Positions 1 through 9,523 of a stretch of DNA of 64,000 bases are shown in pieces (the stretch's first letter is position 1; the number at the start of each line of letters is the position of its first letter). A program made the translations under genes and the position numbers. The stretch covers positions 557,709-621,708 of the forward strand of contig NW_003314305.1 of the NCBI RefSeq assembly GCF_000143415.4, read 5' to 3'. This stretch comes from Selaginella moellendorffii. Lineage: Eukaryota > Plantae > Lycopodiophyta. The notes below the pieces were generated by a model that saw nothing but the letters and a program-made list of their open reading frames with translations, had not been told where the DNA came from and searched no databases.

Positions 1-1273
1 ACCAATGGGACGTTGTTGACGCCAAGGTCTCCAGCTAGGAAATGGAGGTCGCCAATCCGGAAAACGCCGACAATGCCAATAAATATGACCAACTTCATCA
101 CACACCCAGCAGCGAACATCATGGCCATGACCATATCCTCACCCTTATCCTTGGACTCAAGTAGCAGCAGCATCAACCTCCATTGGAACAAGACCATCAC
201 CTATAGGAAGTGGAGCTGAAGGACGTGTAATGAGAAGTGGAAGAGGCAACATCTCATTACGTTGTGCCAAGCGAAGAGCATCGTCAAGGGTGGTAGGAGC
301 AAGTGCATGCACAAGTCCGACAAAATCTTGACGAAGTGCTGGCCACAACATTCCTAGCTTGATCCGCTCCGACATATTTAGCTCCGCACGAAGTAAAAGA
401 CTTTGGAAACAAACGCCAAATTGCATCACCAACTCAGATGGCCCTTGGTGAAGACGATGAAATTGTTGGAAAGCATTCACAATCGTTGGCATGTCCGAAA
501 GCGCATTTGAAAACACCCAGAAGAACACTCTAATCCCCACAAGTGGCTGTGCGCAACCCATTGTACCACTGCAATGCTGTCCCTTGAAGACACGTGGGAA
601 ACTCACGCAAACATCGAGCATAATCCCAAGAATGATATGTAACAATCACCATGAAGTGATCAAACCAATGGTACACATCATCCCCAGGATTCCCGCAAAA
701 GAACTCTGGCCGAACACGAGGATTGGCACCAAGCGCAAGAGGAGTTGTACCAAGTACCGTGAATGTTGCCATCAATTGAGTTTGGTTGTTCAATTGCAAG
801 TGCATAGCATCAAGCAATTGTACCAATTGCTGCTCCATAGTCAAAGGAGGAGATTGTTGATCTGCCATGAAGACAAACGAAGAAAGAGCAAAAGAAGAGA
901 AATGACAAAAAGCTAGAAGGGAATGGTAGATCTAGACAATGCAAAAAGCTAAATTTAAACCAAAATCTTGAAAGGAAAGAACAAAAGAAAAGAAATGGAA
1001 AAAGCTAGATCTAGACAATGCAAAAGTTAAATGTAATCCAAAATCCCAAATCCAAGCACTTCCCAGGGACAATCAAAGTTGCCCCTCACCTCCACCAATG
1101 TGAGTGCTTGGAATATGGAAAGGGAATATAGAAAATGTGTATATCAATTAACCCAAAAGCCCTAGCTTATATATAGGAGCGAGTGGTCTGGATTGAAACC
1201 AATCCGATAGCTACCAAATCTCACTATGCTAATATTAGTATACAGCATCATAGCCATACACTTGGCCCTCACA
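1..1273 (-). mobile_element. Ty3/gypsy LTR retrotransposon family 1, copy A (5' LTR 1099-1273, PBS, degenerate gag; continues off the left edge)
   Basis: 175-bp TG..CA LTR also found at 13075-13249, 50029-50204 and 54364-54539; gag ORFs 530-868 and 157-645 (RVRPEFFCGNPGDDVYHWFDHF, PMEVD); colinear with complete copy A' (50029-54539). Confidence 0.92.
1082..1097 (-). promoter_or_regulatory. Primer binding site of family 1, tRNA-Ala-like
   Basis: TGGTGGAGGTGAGGGG 1 nt inside the LTR end; resembles the complement of a plant tRNA-Ala 3' end as recalled (TGGTGGAGATGCGGGG); similar motif at 1540-1555 and in A'/B'. Confidence 0.6.
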
Positions 1274-1304
1274 ATATGCATATTCTATAAGAAGCATTAC
1301 ATCA

Positions 1305-1376
1305 AAGAGAGAGAGAGAGGGAGAGAGAGGGAGGGAGAGTGAGGGAGGGAGAGAGAGAGTGTGTGTGTGTGTGTGT
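1305..1376. repeat. (GA)n/(GT)n compound microsatellite between the two head-to-head LTRs
   Basis: Seen directly; shorter counterpart at ~54572-54622. Confidence 0.95.
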
Positions 1377-2584
1377 ATATGGCTATAATGCCGTATATTA
1401 ATATTAGCGTAGTGGGATTTTGCTAGCCGTCAGATTGATTTCAATCCAGACCACTTGCTCTTGTGTATAAATTATGGTTTTTGGGCTAATTGATATGCAT
1501 ATTTTATATATTCCCTTTCAATATTCCATGCACTCACATTGGTGGAGGTGAAGGGCAATTTTGATTGTCCCTAAAGAGTGTTTGGATTTGGGATTTTTGT
1601 TTAGATTTAGCTTTTATCATTTCCTTTCTTTTGTTCTTTCCTTTTAGGATTTTGGTTTAAATCTAGTTTTTTGCATTGTCTAAATTTCCCTTTCCTTCTA
1701 GCTTTTTGTCATTTCTCTTCTTTTGCTCTTTCCTTTTCATTCATCTTCATGGTAGATCAGCAATCTTCTCCTTTTATTCTGGAGCAATAGTTGGTACAAT
1801 TGCTTGATGCTATGTGCTTACAATTGAACAACCAAACTCAATTGATGGCGACGTTCATGGCACTTGGTACAAATCCTCTTGCGCTTGGTGCCAATCCTCG
1901 TGTTCGGCCAAAGTTCTTTTGCGGGAATCCTGGGGATGATGTGTACCATTGGTTTGATCACTTCATGGTGATTGCCACATATCATTCTTGGGATGATGCT
2001 CGATGTTTGCGTGAGTTTCCCACGTGTCTTCAAGAGACAACGTTGCAATGGTACAATGGTTTGAGCATAGCCACTCATGGAGATTGGAGTGTTCTGCTAA
2101 ACGTCTTCAAACACGCATTTAGACATGCCAACAGTTGTGATGATGCCTTCCAACAATTGCACCATCTTCGCCAAGGGCCATTTGAGTTGGTGATGCAATT
2201 TAGTGTTTGTTTCCGAAGTCTTTTGTTTCGTGCAAAGCCAAATATGTCAAAGTGGATCAAGCTAGGAATGTTATGGCTAACACTTCGTCAAGATTTTGTC
2301 GGACTTATGCATACATTTGCTCCTGCCACCCTTGACGATGCTCTTTGCTTGGCACAACATTATGAGACGTCACCTCTTCCACTTCTCGTTGCACATTCTT
2401 CAGCTCCACTTTCTATGGGTGATGGTCCTGTTCTAATGGAGGTTGATGTTGCTGCTGCTCGAGTTCAAGGACAAGGGTGAAGCTATGGTCATGGCTGTGA
2501 TGTTTGTTGCTGGGCGTGTGATAAAGTTGGTTACACTTATTGGCATTGTTGGCGTTTTCCAGATTAGCAGCCACCATTTCCTTG

Positions 2585-3999
2585 TGTAAGCAATTAATTT
2601 TTCCATTCTACTTTAGTCACTTAACCACATCTCTAACCACTTAGAGGAGTCTCATTCACAACCTCCATAAGTCCAATTTAGGACTTGGGGTTTGCCAACC
2701 CCGAGAATGGCATCCATACCACTCAACCTTTGCACCTGGTCTAAGTGCTCGATCCCATGACCGACACCCCAAGATACCACCAACATATCAGCTTGTTATG
2801 CTAAGACCATACCCTTTCACCTTGGTCTCACCGGTGGTCCAACACCACTTACCTTGCAGTCCTGTCTCTCAAAGATTGGGCCATCTGTCCATGAGTGATC
2901 ATTTCATATCCACTCTTTAGCATCCTTAGGATGCCTGTAGATATGGGGAATAGCTTTCCCCAATATCTCTTTTCCGGTCCCCACCAAGTCCCTTTCTGTC
3001 CATGGCTGTGTTCGCCAACACTGCCATTGGATCAAGGCCCATAGGCCCAACGACTAAGTCCTATGGTCCTCTGGAATTTCCTCACCACACGATTGTATCC
3101 TTGGTCACTACACCAGAGGACTATTCCTCATCCTTTCCATAGTCTGGGACTTTGGAACAACATTTCGGAACACTGTGGCCCTATGTGAGCCTCCTGAGTA
3201 CTCTCCCCGCCTTTCGCCTTTGGGTGCTTTAGCCATAGGTTTAGAGCGAGGTTCTGTTGAGCCACACCAGGTATCTAAATAGGTAGTGCCACCCACACTT
3301 GGACTGAGAGCATCGATCATTTGATCTCCCAAGGGAACTAGAGTCGGCTTTTGAACACTTCACCAAGCTATCCTGCTTGTCGGTCTGTATTCACTATAGT
3401 CTTGGACTTCCTAGTGGTCAGCTCATCACTCAACACTTGGGTACAACCTTCTTGGGCCAAATTGGCCTTTCCTGGCCAAACTGGCTCCATTGGGCTCCAA
3501 CCCCCACACTCTCCCTAGTATACTTTTGGAACCTCTTGCAGCCCCCCTTGGGAGACGATCGCTTTAGGCTTTCACCCAATAGCTTGTATTAGTATTCAAA
3601 CTCAGACTCGGACTCGGTTTCGGACTCGGACTCAGTCTCGGTCTCGGTCTCAGTCTCGATCTCAATTTCACCTTGGGTCCATCTCAAACTCCATCTCAAG
3701 TTCATCTCGGACTCCATCTTGGATCCATCTCAAACTCCATCTTGTGTCCATCTCAAACTCCATCTTGGACTCTTCCATGTGTTATGTGTTGGTCTTCTTG
3801 TCTCTTTTCTAGAGACTCACTTATTGCTCGCTTCGTGCTTATTCCTTGAGCCCTTCGTTGGGAATTCCACTTTTACTCTCGATTTTTCAAATTTGAGCTT
3901 TTAGTCCAAATGCGTTACGCTCATTTGGCTTTCGCTTTGGCCACTACCACGTGGCACCCTTTTGGCTCCAATTTAGGGCTTTGGGATTTGTGTCTCACA
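2585..3999 (+). mobile_element. Solo LTR (family D, 1415 bp) inserted in gag of copy B
   Basis: Starts TGTAAG, ends TCTCACA; flanked by CCTTG/CCTGG near-TSD; absent from the homologous position of A/A'; further copies at 55829-57254 and 58414-~59155. Strand is nominal. Confidence 0.8.
3598..3775. repeat. Degenerate 6-bp (GACTCG/GTCTCG) and 11-12-bp (CCATCTCAAACT/CCATCTCGGACT) tandem repeats inside solo LTR D
   Basis: Seen directly; longer version at ~56842-57030. Confidence 0.85.
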
Positions 4000-4825
4000 C
4001 CTGGGTGGAGACCTTGGCGTCAACAACGTCCTGTTGGTGCTGCTGCAGTGGATGGTCTGGACACTAAGATGCATCCGGGAAATAAGGAGTCATGCGAGTA
4101 ATTGAGGGACTTTGTGCGAGTAAGTTAATGACACCTTCATCTTTCTTTTAGGAGTATCATCAAGGGGTCACTCAGCATTGGTTCATCCAATGTTTACTTT
4201 CCAAGCTCATTTTTATAACAAGAGGTCTCCTATTATTCTTTCCGTGTTGGTTGATACAAGTTCGAGTTTATCTTCTATTGCTCGACCTGTTGCCACACAT
4301 TGCCGTCTATCAGGAATCCCCCAACTCTTGCCACATTCCTGACTCTCGCCGGATTCCTAACCTGCAGACCACATTCCTGATTCTCGAGACACTTTCCTAT
4401 TCCTGACTCTCGAGACACTTTCCTATTCCTGACTCTCGAGACACTTCCCTATTCCTGACTCTCTGATTTCCTGTACGATTCCTGAGTCTCGAGCCACATT
4501 CCTGATATTGATGTGGCGCCTCCTCAACCTCAACTATATTTAGGCCGTCCTCAATCCAAGAGTGGTGGAGCTTCATCAACCTATAGTATATATAAGTTAG
4601 CCTTGTTCCATTTCTCCACAATCTGAATCAACGCCAGTCTAAGGCCTCTTCTTTGTTTCCACTAGCTTTTTCTCTTTGTCTTTTGCATTTTCCAGTCTTG
4701 ATCTTGTTGGGGGTCTTGACAGTTTGATTCAGATTGTGCTTTTTTCTTTTTGCTTTTACTTTAGCTCATTTCGATTGTTTGATTGCCTTTGTCTTTTTCC
4801 CCCTTTTTTATCTTTCTTCTTGTCG

Positions 4826-5797
4826 ATGGAGTCTCCAAGCCATCCTGATTTCTTTGCTGAAGTCCTTGCAAAAATCCAGTCTGAGAATACCGAGCTGAAG
4901 GTGACCGTTCTTCACATGCAACAAGAGCTTGCTTCACTTTCGGCTCAAGGATCCAGCAAAGTTCCTGAATCGAAGGTGAGTTTCCCGGCGAAATTTTCAA
5001 GCAAGCGTTTGGAGCTTCGCGGATTTCTGAACCAAATGGAGCTGATCTTTGCACTTCAACATCAGTGGTACCCCACTCCCGAGTCTCAAATCGGTGCGAT
5101 TGGGACGTTGCTTGAAGGTGCAGCTTTGTCATGGTTTTCTCCTCTTTTGGAGAAGAGCATGAAAGGGGTCATGGTTCCAGAGCTGATGGATCTTCAATTG
5201 TTCAAAGAGAAGCTTGAAGCATGTTTTGGCGAGACGGATTGGGTTCGGGTTGCTACCACAAAGATGAGGCATCTCTCTCAGGGGTCTCGTCCTGCCTCGA
5301 TCTACGCTGCAGAGTTCCAACTCCTGGCCTTGGACACTCAGTGGGATGAGCGGGCCCTGATTGACCAATTTCGTTTTGGCCTCAACAACGGTGTCAAGGA
5401 TTTGTTGCTCACCATGGAGGATCCCAAGGACCTATCGGACGCCATCAACAAAGCCGTTCGATGTGACAATCTTCTTTTTGAACGTCGTCAGGAAAGTCGC
5501 CGCGCTGCTGTTTTTCCGTCCCAGACTCAGGAATCCCAGCTTGAGTCTTCGGGGCATACTCCTGAACCTACTGCTCCGGTCCTGATGGATATTTCTGGTA
5601 CTCCCCGACTCATTAGAGGGAAGTTGAGTCCTGCTGAGAAGCAACGTCGAATATCTCATAATCTTTGCCTCTACTGTGCTGATCCTAATCACAAAGCAGC
5701 TGTGTGTCCCAAGAAGCCTCCCCAACTGCTCGAGTTCACTCTGCCTCAAAGTCCACCTCTGTTGCAATCGGGAAACGACCCTGTCCAAATAGAGTAG
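4826..5797 (+). CDS. gag: Gag of element C (PEG10/sushi-like capsid plus CCHC knuckle), open frame
   Basis: ATG 4826 in ORF 4676-5797; motifs FPAKFS..R..LRGFLNQ, LEGAALSW, QGSRPASIYAAEF, CLYCADPNHKAAVC. Confidence 0.88.
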   Translation: MESPSHPDFFAEVLAKIQSENTELKVTVLHMQQELASLSAQGSSKVPESKVSFPAKFSSKRLELRGFLNQMELIFALQHQWYPTPESQIGAIGTLLEGAALSWFSPLLEKSMKGVMVPELMDLQLFKEKLEACFGETDWVRVATTKMRHLSQGSRPASIYAAEFQLLALDTQWDERALIDQFRFGLNNGVKDLLLTMEDPKDLSDAINKAVRCDNLLFERRQESRRAAVFPSQTQESQLESSGHTPEPTAPVLMDISGTPRLIRGKLSPAEKQRRISHNLCLYCADPNHKAAVCPKKPPQLLEFTLPQSPPLLQSGNDPVQIE

Positions 5798-8700
5798 GAG
5801 CTGTCTGTTTGGACTCCCCGAATAAAAATCACTTTTCTTCTTTATCAAGCTCCTCACCACCTTTCATCAAAGCCACCACCAATTCCCGCAACTTCCGCGT
5901 CCCATGTCTCCTTTCTTTCACTGGACAATCAGGACTCAAGGCTTTGGCGCTATTGGACTCGGGTGCAACTTCCTGCTTCATGGACACGGACTTTGCTGCC
6001 CGACATCACGTTCCTCTTTCTCCTACCATACAGGATCTGAGGGTTGAAGGCATCGGCGGGCATTTTGTGTCTCCATCTTCCAGACTTAGGGAAATGTTGC
6101 CCGTTCGAGTACATCAGGTCCACCGTCACTGATATCACCTTCAACATCATCAACAGCAAGTCCTCCTCTGTGGTGCTTGGTCTTCCTTGGTTCCAACTAC
6201 ATCAGCCTCAGATTTGTTGGAAGGAATTATAGCTCATCTCTCCCACATCACCATCTCCCACGGCTTCCCCTGCTGTTCATCGAGTCTGAATCAGGAAAAG
6301 TTCCCTAAACTCAAATCGGGGTTTTGTTCCTGACTCTACGAAGTTTTCACCCTCTTCTTTTTCCTCTCTTCCATCTTACACTGGACAGTATCCTCGTCTC
6401 ATCATTCCATTTAGTCGTACACCTCCTCCTATCTCCACAATCACTATGAAAGAACTCCTTCATGAAGAACCTATTTTCCTTTTTGCTTTGCATGTTTTTC
6501 CTGTCAGTCTTCCTGAGAAGTATCATGATTTTGGGGATGTGTTTGACAAGAAAAAAGCTAGTGTACTACTTGTTCATCGGCCTTATGACTGTCCCATTCA
6601 TTTATAGGAAGGAGCATCACCTCTGTGGGGGCCTATCTACGGGTTATCCCCATCCGAGCTTAAGGCCCTCAAAGAGTACGTGGATGAGAACCTTGCCTCG
6701 GGGTACATTCAGCATTCGCAGTCCCCAGCTGGAGCACCTGTCTTCTTTGTCAAGAAGAAGGATGGGAGTTTGCGGCTAGTCATCAATTACCGAGGTTTGA
6801 ACAAGGTGACTATTCGGAACCGTTATCCGCTACCCCTGATTTCGGACCTGTTGGAACACCTCAGCGGTGCCCGCTTCTTCACCAAGATTGACCTCCGTGG
6901 CGCATACAACCTGATCCGAATCCGGCCTGATGATGAATGGAAGACTGTGTTCCGAACCCGCTATGGCCACTTTGAATACACTGTCATGCCATTTGGTTTC
7001 ACAAATGCTCCAGCAGTTTTCCAACACATGGCGAACGACGTCTTTCGGGAGTTTCTTAATCAGATGGTGATTGTCTACCTCGATGACATCCTCATCTACT
7101 CAAAAACTTAGGAGGAGCACGACGAACATGTACGCAAGGTGCTAGCGAAGCTGCAAGAACACGGCCTATACGCGAAGCTTGAGAAATGTTCCTTTGATCA
7201 GTAGTCTGTGGAATTCCTTGGGTACATTGTCACTCCTGAGGGTATCACGATGGATCCTGCCAAAGTCAAGACTATTCTCGAGTGGGAGCCTCCACAATCA
7301 ATGTCGGACGTTCAGGTTTTCTTTGGCTTCGCCAACTTCTACCGCAAATTCATTGATCACTACTCTGACATTGTCCTTCCTCTCATGCATCTCACTCGCA
7401 AGGATGTTCCCTTCTTTTGGTCTACTGCTGCCCAACACGCCTTCGACACACTCAAGGCAGCCTTCAGTTCTGCTCCCGTTTTGATCCATGCTGATTCCTC
7501 ACAACCTTTCTTCATCGAGGCTGACGCCTCCAACTTTGCCATTGGTGCTATGCTGTCTCAACTCAAAGCGGATCAAGAACTTCATCTGATTGCGGAGATC
7601 AATTACGAAATCCACAACAAGGAGCTCCTTGCTATCGTGGATTCCTTTGGAGAGTGGCGCCGTTTCTTGGAGGGGGCGGGCCATCAAACAATAGTCTGGA
7701 CGGATCACAAAAATCTCGAGTACTTTGCCACTTCCCGAGTTTTAAGCCGTCGTCAAGCAAGGTGGGCACAATTCCTAAGTCGGTTTGACTTTGTTATCAA
7801 GTACAAACCTGGAAAGCTTCAAGGCCTTCCTGATGCTCTTTCAAGGCGCTCCTATCTCAGTCTCAGGCCTGGTAATCCTGCCTTCGATCAATAGGATCAA
7901 GTTATCCTCGGTCCTGATCGGCTTCAAGTTATGGCAATTTCCCTGGCCCCTCAGGACTCCTCCTTGATGGATGCAATCAGAAACGATCTTCAATCCGATG
8001 ATTTCGCCAGCAACATTTTCCCCCATCTTCAGGCTAGACACCCAGTGACTCCTGACTGCCGGCAATTTGACGAGTTCGAGTTCTTAGATGGCTTATTATA
8101 CCGTGGGGAGCAACTTTACATTCCTGAAGGTGATGCTCGAAGGTTGGTCCTGATGGCGTGCCACGATAGCCCGATTTCTGGTCACTTCGGCATTGCGAAA
8201 ACCTATGAGCTAGTTGCACGGGACTTTTGGTGGCCTCACATGGACGACTACATCAAAGCTTTTGTTACCTCTTGTGACACTTGTGCCCGGAATAAGGTAC
8301 CTTGCCACCTTCCTTCAGGTTTGCTTCGTTCCCTTCCGGTCCCTTCAGGTTCTTGGGAATCCATCTCCATGGATTTCTTGAGTGATCTTCCGAGTTCTTG
8401 AGGCTTCAACAGCATTTTAGTCGTGGTGGATCGCTTCACAAAGATGGTGCACTTCTTGCCATGTACCAAGGAGTTTTTGGGTGAGGACATGGCAAAACTG
8501 GTATTCAGGGAAATTTTCCAACTTCATGGGATTCCTACAGATGTGGTTTCGGATTGGGGGTTTAGTTCATCTCAGTTCATCTCTCATTTCTGACAACGGT
8601 TTTTGCAGCTGCTTGGAGTGAAGGCCAACCTCTCTTTGGCGTATCATCCTCAAACTGATGGGCAGTCCGAGCGAACGATTCAGACGTTGGAACAATTCTT

Positions 8701-9523
8701 GAGGTGCTTCATCAACTATCATCAGGATAACTGGTTCGATATCCTTCCCCTTTTTGAGTTCTCCTATAACAACTCTGTTCACTCCTCTCTTCGAATTTCC
8801 CCCTTCTTTGCAAACTCTGGCTGAAATCCCCGATTCAATCTCTCACTTCCTTCTCCATCCGAATCCTCTCATTCAAATCCCCGCTCTGAGGCATTTGTCT
8901 CCAATCTCCAAGAAATCCACAACTCCATTTCCTTCCACCTCCATCGAGCTCAGGAATCTCACAAAAAATTTGCCAATGTCCATCGTCAGAATTGTCCCCC
9001 TTACAATATCGGGGATAAAGTCTGGGTCCTCAGGCGAAATATCTCCACCACCAGGCCCTGTCCAAAACTTGATTTCAAACGCCTCGGTCCTTTCCCTATC
9101 ACTGCCATCATTAATCCTGTCACTTATCGCTTTGCACTTCCCTCCTCATATCAAATTCACCCCGTTTTTCACTCCTCTCTCCTTGAGCCTTATATTCCCA
9201 GTCCTATTCCCAATCGGGTCATTCCTCCACCTCCACCAGTGCAGCTCGAGGATGGGTCTGAGTACGAGGTTTAGGACATCCTTGATTCCAAGATTTCAGG
9301 GTCTAAACTCTACTATCTGGTCGACTTGAAGGGTTACGAACCTAAAGAACGCACTTGGGAACCTGCAGACAATCTGATTCATTCTCCTAACCTTGTTCAG
9401 GACTTCCGCCGCCACTATCCTTCTCGTCCCAGTCCTCATTCTTTTTCTCCATCTCCCATCCCTCGCCGCTCATCTCATCCTCCTCGTCGTTCTCATTCAC
9501 ATCCTCGTTCCACTCGTTCTTGA
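5770..9523 (+). pseudogene. pol: Pol of element C (PR-RT-RH-INT-chromodomain), interrupted by stops and frameshifts
   Basis: ORF pieces 5704-6132, 6680-7111, 7208-7894, 7931-8401, 8603-8824, 9326-9523; chromodomain YEV*DILDSK..YYLVDLKGYEPKERTWEP at ~9263-9420. Confidence 0.93.

Noticed and set aside
4373-4463. 26-bp repeats with a palindromic core (CTCGAG) resembling a CRISPR array
   Set aside because: Head-to-tail with no unique spacers, inside a retrotransposon LTR U3, no cas genes, eukaryotic context.
8754-9329. 191-aa Ser/Pro-rich ORF as an extra (env-like) gene in element C
   Set aside because: Alternative frame overlapping the integrase C-terminus; no recognisable domain.
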